Below, one piece after another: positions 20,299 to 30,478 of a DNA stretch of 64,000 nt. The DNA lies in contig CAXXKA010000006.1 of assembly GCA_963668625.2 (NCBI GenBank), positions 672,001 through 736,000 on the forward strand, written 5' to 3'. Positions within the stretch are counted from its first letter, which is position 1. Each line of letters opens with the position of its first letter. The notes beneath the pieces were generated by a model. The model searched no databases. It was given only the letters and a program-made list of their open reading frames with translations, and had not been told where the DNA came from. The position numbers were made by a program, and so were the translations under genes. The stretch comes from an uncultured candidate division Zixibacteria bacterium (GTDB taxonomy: Bacteria > Zixibacteria > MSB-5A5 > UBA10806 > 4484-95).

Positions 20299-20763
20299 CT
20301 ATTCAGTTCTGTCTATGATAACATCTGCCTGCTTGAGGATATAAGTTTCGTTCTCAAACGATATCTCTACATAAATATCTATATGATCGCCAGGTTCCCA
20401 TTTCGGTCCCTCGTGATTTGAATAGTAAAGCGTATCATTCGCTTGACTACCATCCCAGCGATTTAAGGCGCCCGACCAGGATCTTTCGCCATTGTATAAC
20501 CATACTTGGTCAGCGCTTATGCCATCTATTATAGGATTAGCGTTGCAGTCATGAACCAGAAGAAGCGAGTAAAGAGATTTTCCGCCCTCCGGCGTCGGTG
20601 GCATGAAATCGCGCCAAACATAAGATTGCAAACTTAGCTCATTATCCTGAATGTTGATCCGATCGAAAACATCCCCCGATTTGAAAGGCTCGCTGGCATT
20701 ATCACCGCAACTGATGACCACGCCAACGGCTATTGATAGAATGATAATCATTGATTTTATCAT
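20299..20763 (-). CDS. Hypothetical lipoprotein
   Basis: Lipobox VISC; conserved-looking WRDFMP and GPKWEPG motifs. Confidence 0.75.
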   Translation of the reverse strand: MIKSMIIILSIAVGVVISCGDNASEPFKSGDVFDRINIQDNELSLQSYVWRDFMPPTPEGGKSLYSLLLVHDCNANPIIDGISADQVWLYNGERSWSGALNRWDGSQANDTLYYSNHEGPKWEPGDHIDIYVEISFENETYILKQADVIIDRTE

Positions 20764-20892
20764 AATTTCCTCCCCGGTAAATACGACGGTTGGCTATATA
20801 TTTATACACTAACATGATGCACGATAATATTTATGATATTCCGATGTCAATTGAAATATTTTGTAGCATGCCGTACGTGTATATAGTAAGAT

Positions 20893-21558
20893 ATGAACAT
20901 GAACATATTGTATCTCATACCCGCCTACAATTCCGAACTGAATATCAGATCGGTTATCGACCGAGTCAGCGATTACACTGATAACATTCTGGTAGTGGAT
21001 GATGGTTCGGTCGATGAGACCTCTCACGTGGTAATGAATTCGAGAGCTACATTAATCTGTCATCCGGTAAACAGGGGAAAAGGCGCGGCATTGAAATCGG
21101 GATTCGCTTATGCTCTGGAAAATAATTATGAGGCCGTTATCACTCTCGATGCTGACGGCCAGCATGATCCTAAATACATACCGGGGTTTTTGGAACTGTA
21201 TGGTTCCACGAAAGCGGATATGATTATCGGCTCGCGAGCGGGTGATAAGGCCGATATGCCTCGGGACAGGCGCGTATCCAATTTCCTCACCTCGGGAATT
21301 CTGACGCTTTTAACAGGATGTTCTATCGAGGATTCTCAATGCGGCTACCGTCTGATATCCCGCCGATTGCTGGAGTCTGTGATCCTGGAATCTAACCGAT
21401 TCGAGCTGGAAACAGAGATCATTATCAAAGCCGTTCAGCAGGGATTCAAAATCCGATTCTTACCGATTAAGGTGGTTTACGGCAAGAAGTTTCCGACCTC
21501 GATGAATCGAACACTTGATACGTTACGCTGGCTGAAAATGGTTTTAGAGCAGATATAG
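20893..21558 (+). CDS. GT2 glycosyltransferase (DPM1-like)
   Basis: IPAYN, VVDDGS, NRGKG, TLDADGQH, DSQCGYR. Confidence 0.92.
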   Translation: MNMNILYLIPAYNSELNIRSVIDRVSDYTDNILVVDDGSVDETSHVVMNSRATLICHPVNRGKGAALKSGFAYALENNYEAVITLDADGQHDPKYIPGFLELYGSTKADMIIGSRAGDKADMPRDRRVSNFLTSGILTLLTGCSIEDSQCGYRLISRRLLESVILESNRFELETEIIIKAVQQGFKIRFLPIKVVYGKKFPTSMNRTLDTLRWLKMVLEQI

Positions 21559-21700
21559 ATTTCATACCTGATAAGTTAATCGCGTAAGATGGAAAATTTC
21601 AGTAGCAGGGGCGTATGTTTAATTGTTAACACCAATACCGTAAGTCCGCGTAGCATTCTTGCGCTAAACATATCCAAACCCGAATATAATATTTCATCCC

Positions 21701-21729
21701 TTGACATATACCGTGCCTTTGTGTAATCT
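21701..21729 (+). promoter_or_regulatory. sigma70 promoter directly before surE
   Basis: TTGACA-N17-TAATCT; ATG 9 nt downstream. Confidence 0.6.
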
Positions 21730-21738
21730 TTCAAGCCT

Positions 21739-22497
21739 ATGTTAATACTTCTTTCAAATGATGATGGCTACTTTGCCAGCGGCATTAATGCCCTGAGGAA
21801 ACATCTTTCCAAATACCATCAGGTGGTTACCGTAGCCCCCGACCGTGATAGAAGCGGGGCATCGCATTCACTGACCGTGACACGCCCTTTAAGGGTCAAG
21901 AAAATAGAAAAAGATAGTTACGCCGTGGATGGTACTCCTACCGATTGCGTGATGATCGCCGTGTATAAACTGTTGAAACGCAAGCCTGATCTCGTGATCT
22001 CCGGTATCAACTCCGGCGCCAATATGGGGGAGGATGTTACCTATTCTGGGACTGTGGCAGCGGCAATTGAGGGCACGTTATTTGGTATACCCTCAGTGGC
22101 GGTATCGCTAACCGGTATGGGGCAGATGAACCATTTGCCGGAAAAAGAATATACTAAAGCAGCCAAGTTCGCCAAAAAAGTTATCGATCATATCGAGTCT
22201 AACGGGTTGCCCGAGGGTGTGTTGTTAAATGTAAATGTCCCGGGCGGGGAAACTACCGATATCCGTAATTACGCCATAACTTGTTTAGGCAAAAGGGTAT
22301 ATGATGATGTAATCACGGAGAAAATAGACCCGCGTGGCGAGGCGTATTACTGGATTGCCGGCAAGGTAAGGGTAACCGGTAAAGAGCCTGAAACCGATTT
22401 CGGCGCCGTTGAACATAATATTATCTCGGTAACACCGCTGGCTATCGATATTACCGCGGATGATTATATCGAAAAACTCAAATCATACAGGATATAG
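21739..22497 (+). CDS. surE: 5'/3'-nucleotidase SurE
   Basis: ILLSNDDG, SGASHS, GTPTDC, SGIN.G.N, YSGTV. Confidence 0.98.
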   Translation: MLILLSNDDGYFASGINALRKHLSKYHQVVTVAPDRDRSGASHSLTVTRPLRVKKIEKDSYAVDGTPTDCVMIAVYKLLKRKPDLVISGINSGANMGEDVTYSGTVAAAIEGTLFGIPSVAVSLTGMGQMNHLPEKEYTKAAKFAKKVIDHIESNGLPEGVLLNVNVPGGETTDIRNYAITCLGKRVYDDVITEKIDPRGEAYYWIAGKVRVTGKEPETDFGAVEHNIISVTPLAIDITADDYIEKLKSYRI

Positions 22498-22688
22498 CAA
22501 TCCTCGATACCCCGATATAGTGTCGATGTAAATTAGATGCAACTTGAATCCGTGGATATCGTTTATATAGGTAGATACTGGGTATTTACGGTAAATAAGT
22601 GTCGATATCGATCGATACTTTTAGTAAAATAATCAAGTATCATTTGCAGGAAGAAATAGGATAACAAAAGCATCCGGGGGTTTGAGAA

Positions 22689-24146
22689 ATGATGAAACGA
22701 TTAATTTTACTGGTATTTTTAGCGCTGGTTATATTTTCTGCTATTTACGCTCTTTGGGATGACAAAAAATTCACTACTTCATCCGACCAGGCATACCAGG
22801 CATTCATGACCGCTGAGTCATATCGTAAAAATCTGTATAATCGTGATGCTGTTGATGAATATGAAAAAGCCGCCCGGATCGATTCTAATTTTGCAATAGC
22901 TTACTGCCGTCTGGCGGAAATGAGCAACAATTTCGGTCAAACGGATGAGGCAAAGAAGTATATCGAGAAGGCAGAATCGCTATTTCCACTGATAACCAAG
23001 CAAGAGCAGTTGCTTATAAGTATCACTAAAAATACGATTAACCGGGATTTCGAGGCCAGAAGAAAATATGTACAAGAGTATATAGAATTATTCCCGGATG
23101 ATATTGGTTCATATCGTTTCCAGGCGGACAACTACGTAGAGACAAAAGACTATGATAAGGCAATAGCCTCTTTCCAGAAAATTATCGATAAAGATCCCAA
23201 TGACGCTCTGGCTTACAATATGCTTGGCTATTTGAATTATTGGGCGGGTAACTATGATGAGGCACTGACCAATATCAGAAAATACGCTCTTGTTGGCGGT
23301 AAAGAGGCCAACCCTCACGACTCATACGGTGAGATATTAATGTACCTGGGGCGTTATGATGAGGCGATCAAAGAATTCGAGACTGCTGATAAAATTAAGC
23401 CGGATCTGGATTTCGTGTTGGAGCATCTAGGCGTGGCTCATCGCGAAATTGGCAAATTCCGGGATGCTATCGGTTATTTCGAACGTGCCCGCGAGTTTGC
23501 CCGTAATGATATTTACGCAGCGAGGGTTGACGAGGATATTGCTTATACTTATTTCCTCTCCGGCGATAAAAAGCAAGCCGTGGATATTTTGAAACCGATT
23601 TTCGAGGAACATCCCGAATGGGTGAGTGTTTCAACGATGCTCGGGTATTTCTCCGCTGATATCGGCGAGCTTGATCTTGCCAGAAGATGCCTGACTAATT
23701 TGGATTCGATATTTATTGCTGATGCTAACCGCGATTCAGCGAACGTTGACACTATCAACAGTAATTATGATCTGGTGGAGGGCAAGATATTGCAGGAGAC
23801 TGCTGATTACGTTAAATCACTTCAGTTGTATGCCCGGGTTGTCGCCGATTCGCGAAAGCCGAATACGATCCTCATTAAATCCCTATACGCCCAGGCCTGT
23901 ATCGAGGCCGGTGAATACGAGCTGGCTAAAAACCTGTATCTGGACAACCTGGAGGAGAACCACAACCATCCTCTGAGTCTGTATGGTTTGGCCAGGATTT
24001 ATAAACATGAGGGAAATACCGAAAAACAGAAACAGGCGTTACTGAGTTATCTTTCGGTTATGTCCGGCGCGGATGACGGTTTTTACATGGTCGATACGGC
24101 GAGGAAGGATCTTGAGTCTCTGACAGTCTACAGCGGGCTTCAATAG
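22689..24146 (+). CDS. Membrane-anchored/exported TPR protein
   Basis: N-terminal hydrophobic segment; multiple TPRs (AYNMLGY, NPHDSYGEILMYLGRYDEA). Confidence 0.88.
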   Translation: MMKRLILLVFLALVIFSAIYALWDDKKFTTSSDQAYQAFMTAESYRKNLYNRDAVDEYEKAARIDSNFAIAYCRLAEMSNNFGQTDEAKKYIEKAESLFPLITKQEQLLISITKNTINRDFEARRKYVQEYIELFPDDIGSYRFQADNYVETKDYDKAIASFQKIIDKDPNDALAYNMLGYLNYWAGNYDEALTNIRKYALVGGKEANPHDSYGEILMYLGRYDEAIKEFETADKIKPDLDFVLEHLGVAHREIGKFRDAIGYFERAREFARNDIYAARVDEDIAYTYFLSGDKKQAVDILKPIFEEHPEWVSVSTMLGYFSADIGELDLARRCLTNLDSIFIADANRDSANVDTINSNYDLVEGKILQETADYVKSLQLYARVVADSRKPNTILIKSLYAQACIEAGEYELAKNLYLDNLEENHNHPLSLYGLARIYKHEGNTEKQKQALLSYLSVMSGADDGFYMVDTARKDLESLTVYSGLQ

Positions 24147-24279
24147 ACTCCCAGCGGACAATCGGTTAAGAAAACGATACAACATTCATGGCAGGCAGAC
24201 ATCTTTGCCCACCGGCGTTAATGGTTTTTAAAATATACCTTGACACTATAATGTTTTAACATATATTGGCAGTGATTTT

Positions 24280-24353
24280 GTCCCCATCGTCTAGCCCGGT
24301 TAGGACACTGCCCTTTCACGGCGGCAACAGGGGTTCGAATCCCCTTGGGGACG
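24280..24353 (+). tRNA. tRNA-Glu(TTC)
   Basis: gtcccca...tggggac-g; anticodon arm ctgcc-ct-TTC-ac-ggcgg; GGTTCGAATCC; CCA not encoded. Confidence 0.96.
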
Positions 24354-24361
24354 TAATCTTG

Positions 24362-24391
24362 AACCGTAGGTCAACGACTTACGGTTTTTTT
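24362..24391 (+). terminator. Intrinsic terminator after tRNA-Glu
   Basis: aaccgtaggtc-aac-gacttacggtt followed by a T tract. Confidence 0.75.
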
Positions 24392-24516
24392 ATTGATATT
24401 GAAAAACACCGGGTAGCGAACCGCGTTTCGCAACGAGAAGGAGAGACCGGACATTAGTGATAATGCATGGATACCAGAAAAAATTGAATTTGCTTTATGG
24501 ATTTAGTTTTAAAAAG

Positions 24517-26961
24517 TTATAGATAGAACACATAAACGAATGTCACCAAAATCACGATGTATAACAGGCTCAGGCCACTGCCGATTTTAACATAGTCTTT
24601 CGATCGATATTCTCCTGGCCCCATATAAAGCGCGTTCACTTGATGGGTAGGCAAAATAAATGAATTAGATACGCCTATGCCAACGGTAATCGCCGCTACT
24701 CTCGGATCGATCCCGATCTGCGTTGCCATCGAAATACCCAGCGGGACAAGTAAGGCACAGGCTCCCACATTCGAGACTACCATAGTGAAAGCACAGCTCA
24801 GCAATGCTAATACGATTAACAGCAGTAACGGTGACATCAAGCTGCCCAGCCCGTGGATAATACCGCTTGCCAACCATTGAGCGGTTCCGGTGTGATCGAC
24901 TGCTATTCCGAGAGGGATGAGACCGCCGAGCAGGAACACCGTCCGCCAGTCTATGGCCCGATATGCCTCGGATATACTGATTACTCCGGTTAATATCATC
25001 CCAACCGCTCCAGCCATCAAGCATAGCGAAAGCGGGATTGGATTATAAGCCATTTTCTGAAAATAAAAGCTCGAAAGTATCATCAGGACCAAAGCAAGCG
25101 AGAAACTCGCGAGGGCAAATTTGGCTTTAGCCGGCTTATGTATTTCCATATCGGAGGGGGAGATGATTATGAAGTTTTGATGGCTTTCCTTTAATGCCTG
25201 AATCTGTTCCCAGGTACCGTGAATCAGGACGGCATCGCCGGAATTTAGCAAACGGTCTGCCAGCTCCCGATAGTATATTTTGCCTTCCTGGTGAAGAGCC
25301 AGCGCGTTGACATCGAAAGTTTCTCGAAAGCGTATATCTTTAATGCACTTGCCGATAAAACTGGATCTCGGCGAAATAATCATCTCGGCCAAACCGGAAT
25401 AGGAGGAATTAAACACGCTGTTATTGAAAATCAGGGGTTCATCATTCAGTATCAGGCCATATTTATCGATGAAATCCTCGACATGTTTTTCCTGGCCGTA
25501 AACACATAGCGCCATTCCCGGATGAATAGTAGTTATTGGATCGGGAGCAATAACCGGATCACCTGTTTGTTCGGATACGGCTACTACATTCACTAAAAAC
25601 TGACGGCGTATTTTCACAATCTCCTGGGGAAGGTCGCTGTATTTAAAACTGAAAGGCACTACTATTTCATAAGGACCGCTAATTTCGGGATAGTATGCCG
25701 CCATGCCGCGCTCGACCTTGCTGGAGCTGTCCTCTTTAATGACCTGGCTGGTGGATAATTCTCGAAGGTATCTCATGCCGAATGTCGATAAATATGCGAT
25801 TCCGCCGATTACCAGTCCCAAACCAATAGGGGTAAGTTCCATAAAGCCGAATTTCTCCATACCTTTCGGTAATATATCGTTGAGCAAAATCAATGGGCTG
25901 GTACCGATCATGGTTAAAGTGCCTCCGAGTATAGCGGCCATACCTATTGGCATAAGAACGCGGGATATATGGATTTTCAACTCCTGAGTTGCCACTAATC
26001 TGATTGCCGGTAAAAAAAGTACCGCCGCACCGGTGTTCTGCATCACGCTGGAAATGACAGCGATCATGGATGAAAATATTATTACCAGCTTCGATTCGCC
26101 TTTTCTGACTATTTTCAGAAGCGGCTGAATAACGCGATTAACCAAACCGGTCCTGTTCAGTCCATAGCTGATTATCATAACGCCGATAATTGCTATAACC
26201 GCATTACTGCTAAGACCCCTAAAAGCGTCGCCGGCGTTCAGAAGCCCCAGTTCAGGTAATAAAATCATCATAACTATTGCCACGACATCCACGCGTACCC
26301 ATTCGGCGATAAAGAGAGTGATGGCGACCCCGACTACCAGCAGCATCAATAATTTCGTGTGAAGCGGTGTATCTACGGAAAATTTAATACCTTCGATACC
26401 GGCATCCTGAAAGTTTTGGCCATTGTCGGTTACGAGCTCCGCCATAACATCAACGAGAAAAGTATAGCTTTTCGCCTGTACCTTCGAATCGACCGAGTAA
26501 TTGATATAAGTAGAAATAACCGTCGACTCACCCAGGTCCGGATTGTTGAATTTGATAAACAATTGATGTCCCGATTTGTGCGGTTCATCTTTGTTGATAA
26601 AAGTAATACCACTTGTTTTCGGAACGGATACCCAGATTATCGTTGGAATTTGGGCGGATTGATTCCAGTGAAACTTGCTTCCCTGAAAAGTTTTCGTTTT
26701 ATCCAGACGAATTTCCAGGCGAAGGCTATCGGATCTACCGGCTATGAGAATCGGCTTTTGAGGTTCAATCGATACTTTAATGTATGAGGGAACCTGATAA
26801 GTTTCATCCTCGATAATTTCGGTAGCGTTATAGTTAATCGGTCGACCGGGTTTTGTTGGCATTTTTGCGAACGTGTTTTGAAATGCAAACAGGGAGAGGA
26901 AGAGGATAACTATATGTATTGAATCGTATTTAGATGCTCTAAAAATCGTACTATTAATCAT
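24517..26961 (-). CDS. SLC13/DASS family anion permease with TrkA-C (RCK_C) domains and an extra N-terminal exported domain
   Basis: RVDVVA, MQNTGA, LGGTLTMIGTSPL, IDWRTVFLLGGLIPLG, PTHQVNALYMGPG.Y. Confidence 0.9.
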   Translation of the reverse strand: MINSTIFRASKYDSIHIVILFLSLFAFQNTFAKMPTKPGRPINYNATEIIEDETYQVPSYIKVSIEPQKPILIAGRSDSLRLEIRLDKTKTFQGSKFHWNQSAQIPTIIWVSVPKTSGITFINKDEPHKSGHQLFIKFNNPDLGESTVISTYINYSVDSKVQAKSYTFLVDVMAELVTDNGQNFQDAGIEGIKFSVDTPLHTKLLMLLVVGVAITLFIAEWVRVDVVAIVMMILLPELGLLNAGDAFRGLSSNAVIAIIGVMIISYGLNRTGLVNRVIQPLLKIVRKGESKLVIIFSSMIAVISSVMQNTGAAVLFLPAIRLVATQELKIHISRVLMPIGMAAILGGTLTMIGTSPLILLNDILPKGMEKFGFMELTPIGLGLVIGGIAYLSTFGMRYLRELSTSQVIKEDSSSKVERGMAAYYPEISGPYEIVVPFSFKYSDLPQEIVKIRRQFLVNVVAVSEQTGDPVIAPDPITTIHPGMALCVYGQEKHVEDFIDKYGLILNDEPLIFNNSVFNSSYSGLAEMIISPRSSFIGKCIKDIRFRETFDVNALALHQEGKIYYRELADRLLNSGDAVLIHGTWEQIQALKESHQNFIIISPSDMEIHKPAKAKFALASFSLALVLMILSSFYFQKMAYNPIPLSLCLMAGAVGMILTGVISISEAYRAIDWRTVFLLGGLIPLGIAVDHTGTAQWLASGIIHGLGSLMSPLLLLIVLALLSCAFTMVVSNVGACALLVPLGISMATQIGIDPRVAAITVGIGVSNSFILPTHQVNALYMGPGEYRSKDYVKIGSGLSLLYIVILVTFVYVFYL

Positions 26962-27168
26962 CTGAATATTCTATGTTATGGAATTAGTCTTAACTAAAAC
27001 GGAAGATACTCATGGGTTCATGATAGAATGCCCCGTTAAGCACAGGATCGATATCAAAAAGTAAAAGATATATAAATTTAGCAATGTCTGATATCATATC
27101 AGCCAAATTCAATCCTCTTAAATTATTAATATTATATTCCAGAAAAAAGGTAATGTTCTGGAATATTC

Positions 27169-29313
27169 TTAATCGCTTATATCCACGACTTCCATCAACG
27201 GGCACTGCTTTTCATCCGAACCGCGATGAGTTTCTTTAATTATACTATCGATTGCCCGGGTGGCGTTGCGATAAATATGATCATCACCGATTTTCTCGTA
27301 CAGATGAGTTCGTTTCAGTACCTCCAGTACATGATCATTCAGGCCACTGAATGAAATATCCAATCCATTTTCGCGCACCCTCTCGACCAACAGGGAAACC
27401 ATGTCCTCACCGGAAGCGTCCATTTCGTTAATACCGTTACCGACAACTAATATATGTTTTAAATCCGGCATTTCATCGATAATTTTCAGGATTTTTTCTT
27501 CCAGGTAGTTGACATTAGTGAAGAAAATCGAGCCATGATATCTAACGACCGCTATATGTTTACAGCGAGAAAGCTTGTGTATTCGCGAGGCCCTGTAGGT
27601 GCCGTCGGGATGCATGGATAGCATGGCAATCTGCGGTTTCATTACCCTTAGTAAGTATAATAAAAGCGAAAGAGCAACGCCGATCATTATGCCTCGATCG
27701 AGATGGGGTGCGAATGCCAGAGTAAAAACGAAAGTTATAATGCCGATCAAGCCATCATACCACTGAGCTTTCCAGGCGTATATGAAGCCGCTGACATTCA
27801 CCAGGCCGATTACGGCCATCATGATAATAGCGGCCAGTACCGCTTGCGGGAGATGGTATAATAACGGGGTGAAAAACAGCAGCGTAATACCCACGACAAG
27901 ACTGCTGAATACATTTGACAAACCGGTCAAGGCGCCGGCTTGGATGTTGACAGCCGATCGGGAAAACGATCCTGATACGGCATAGCTCTGACCCGCCGAA
28001 CCGATAATATTAGCCAGCCCCTGTCCGATAAGTTCCTGGTTGGGATCGAGTCTTTGACCCGTTTTGGCCGCCATGGCCTTAGCGATTGATATCGCCTCCA
28101 TGAATCCGAGTAGTGAAATAATGATGGCCATCGGCAGTAATGAAAGAATATCGGCTAATTTTACCGAGGGTTCTTTGATTCCCGGCAAACCCTGAGGTAT
28201 GGTTCCGACGACATCGCCGCCTCCACGAAAAATAAGTTCTGTCTCTTTGAGGCAATTGTTACCTACAAGCAGCAACCAGGACTGTCCATTCTGTTCACCC
28301 TCAGCCTGAAATTCGCCTCTTTTATAAAAACTCATCCGCCCGTCGTCATCGGAAAATGCATTGAATTTTATATTGCGCAGATCGTGGCGGTATTTACAGA
28401 TATTTTCTTTCAATGATTCAATTTCAACATTGATAAGATCGACGTTATGTTTAAGCTTCAAAACCTCGATCGATTCGTGGCCGTATTTCTTCTCTGCTTC
28501 TTTGATCTGGGAATTGAATTGCACTCTCTGATCCACTAGATTATCGACTTGATTCAAACTCGAATTGAACACCTTAATTAAGCTCGCGGCATCCTCATGA
28601 CGTATTTGCGAAATATCGGCTTTCACGTTTTTTTCGAAACCGATAGCGTACGAAATGACAGTCGTGATTATCACCGCTATCAATACGCTGGGCAGACGTT
28701 TATTATACCACTTCACGAGTATCATTATTCCGAACGCGAGCAAGGCGATTGCCAGAGTCGGCCAATGGGTATGATACATAGCGGCTTTTATTACATTGAA
28801 AACCGTTTGGTAGTGATGTTCGGCTTTATCCACATGGACACCGAATATTTTCGATAGCTGCGATGTCGCTATGATTATTGCCGCAGCGTTGGTAAATCCG
28901 TTAACCACGGGATGCGACAGAAGGTTAACGACCAGCCCGAGCCGAAGAATCCCCAGGGTGAACTGGAATATACCGATGATCAGGGCCAGGATAATAGCAT
29001 AAGCAATAAAAGCCTCGCTACCGGCGGTGGCCATTGGGGCGAGAGCCGTCGAGGTCATAAGCGAGACTATGGCAACGGGCCCCGTAGCCAGTTGATAACT
29101 CGAGCCGAACAGCGCGGCGATCATCGGGGGCAAGAACGCGGCATAAAGTCCGTAATAAGCGGGCAAACCCGCCAGCTGAGCATACGCCATCGATTGCGGT
29201 ATCAATACCAGGGCGACTGTCAAGCCTGCGATGAAATCATGGCGCAGGTAAGTCGTATTGTATTTTTTGAACCATCCCAGGAATGGAAATATTCTTAATA
29301 ATATTGCCGGCAA
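27169..29313 (-). CDS. sulP: SulP/SLC26 anion (sulfate) transporter with STAS domain
   Basis: DFIAGLTVALVLIPQSMAYAQLAGLP, NQELIGQG, SGSFSRSA, STAS MDASG. Confidence 0.95.
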   Translation of the reverse strand: MPAILLRIFPFLGWFKKYNTTYLRHDFIAGLTVALVLIPQSMAYAQLAGLPAYYGLYAAFLPPMIAALFGSSYQLATGPVAIVSLMTSTALAPMATAGSEAFIAYAIILALIIGIFQFTLGILRLGLVVNLLSHPVVNGFTNAAAIIIATSQLSKIFGVHVDKAEHHYQTVFNVIKAAMYHTHWPTLAIALLAFGIMILVKWYNKRLPSVLIAVIITTVISYAIGFEKNVKADISQIRHEDAASLIKVFNSSLNQVDNLVDQRVQFNSQIKEAEKKYGHESIEVLKLKHNVDLINVEIESLKENICKYRHDLRNIKFNAFSDDDGRMSFYKRGEFQAEGEQNGQSWLLLVGNNCLKETELIFRGGGDVVGTIPQGLPGIKEPSVKLADILSLLPMAIIISLLGFMEAISIAKAMAAKTGQRLDPNQELIGQGLANIIGSAGQSYAVSGSFSRSAVNIQAGALTGLSNVFSSLVVGITLLFFTPLLYHLPQAVLAAIIMMAVIGLVNVSGFIYAWKAQWYDGLIGIITFVFTLAFAPHLDRGIMIGVALSLLLYLLRVMKPQIAMLSMHPDGTYRASRIHKLSRCKHIAVVRYHGSIFFTNVNYLEEKILKIIDEMPDLKHILVVGNGINEMDASGEDMVSLLVERVRENGLDISFSGLNDHVLEVLKRTHLYEKIGDDHIYRNATRAIDSIIKETHRGSDEKQCPLMEVVDISD

Positions 29314-29316
29314 AGT

Positions 29317-29748
29317 CTACCAGCCCCTCTCTCTGAGAATCTTAGTAATCTCATCCTCGATTTTATTTTCGACTAATAGCATTTTTTGATTTGATGCGAT
29401 TTTAATCTTCTCCATCAGCTTCTCCAGGTTAGCCGGCTTTTCCAGGAAATCCATAGCTCCCAGCTTAACCGCCTCGACACCTTTCTCGATAGTGGCATGG
29501 CCGGTAAGCAGTATTATTTGAAGATCCGGTTGCTTTTTCAACAAAGCTTTCATCGTTTCGATACCGTCCATACCGGGCATCGCCAAATCCAACACGATCG
29601 CGTCGTAAGAGACATCTTTGACTTTTTCTATAGCCGATTGACCGTCGTTGGCCATATCGACTTTAAGACCGCGAGTTCCCAGTCGCTCCGAGAGCACGTC
29701 GGTGAACTCGCTGTCATCATCGACTAATAAGACTTTTTCGCCTGCCAT
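29317..29748 (-). CDS. Single-domain response regulator
   Basis: LLVDDD, LDLAMPGMDG, LTGH, FLEKP; no output domain. Confidence 0.93.
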   Translation of the reverse strand: MAGEKVLLVDDDSEFTDVLSERLGTRGLKVDMANDGQSAIEKVKDVSYDAIVLDLAMPGMDGIETMKALLKKQPDLQIILLTGHATIEKGVEAVKLGAMDFLEKPANLEKLMEKIKIASNQKMLLVENKIEDEITKILRERGW

Positions 29749-29791
29749 ATTTATCTCCTTATTTTAAATCCAGTATTAATAAAGTCCCGGA

Positions 29792-30478
29792 TTACAATAT
29801 CGCCGTTTCCATTTCCGATAGGGAGATAGCGATAGTACATTCCGATTCGCTATCCGGTTTCAATTCGATATTACCGTCAATTTGCTTTAAAGTGGCTTTT
29901 AATAATTCGATCTTTTGGTTGCTGAATTCGTTCTGTATTATAGTTGCTCCTGAGATATTGATCACCAGGTCGTTATCTTTTTTATCGGTTTCGATCCGTA
30001 TATGCCTGTTGTTGTCGGGATCATCCATGAATATTTCGAAACAGGTGAAGACCGCAAGCTGAAGATAAAACGGATTCGTTCTGAAATTAATATTTTCCAA
30101 AGGGACTTCGAATTCCAGGTCCATACTCTTTAGGCCGGCGAGTCTTTGTGACAGGGAAACTATCAATTCCAGTAACTCCCCGATATTAACTTCAGTGTTA
30201 AAAGAATCCGAACTATGTGCGAACCTGTTTAGACGCTTTATCAAATCCTGGCTGCGCTCGATTTGCATACCTATTTTTTTCGTCGATCTATTCAATTTTT
30301 TATCATCCAGAGGAATACCCTGTTTGGCCGCTTCAACCATGTCGGCTAGAAGTCCGTTGTACTCGTTGATAATCGCTACCGCGTTATTCAATTCATGTGA
30401 TAAACTGGCCGTGATTTTACCATTGAAAGCCAGGCCATGTTCTCTTAAATACCTATCCGTTGAATCTTTTCCGTTCAA
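29792..30478 (-). CDS. HisKA protein with degenerate HATPase domain (pseudokinase/phosphotransferase)
   Basis: H-box SLSHELNNAVAIINE intact; N, G1, F and G2 boxes not recognisable. Confidence 0.75.
   Translation of the reverse strand: MNGKDSTDRYLREHGLAFNGKITASLSHELNNAVAIINEYNGLLADMVEAAKQGIPLDDKKLNRSTKKIGMQIERSQDLIKRLNRFAHSSDSFNTEVNIGELLELIVSLSQRLAGLKSMDLEFEVPLENINFRTNPFYLQLAVFTCFEIFMDDPDNNRHIRIETDKKDNDLVINISGATIIQNEFSNQKIELLKATLKQIDGNIELKPDSESECTIAISLSEMETAIL

Noticed and set aside
24266-24457. 63-aa ORF from the track
   Set aside because: Overlaps tRNA-Glu and its terminator; spurious
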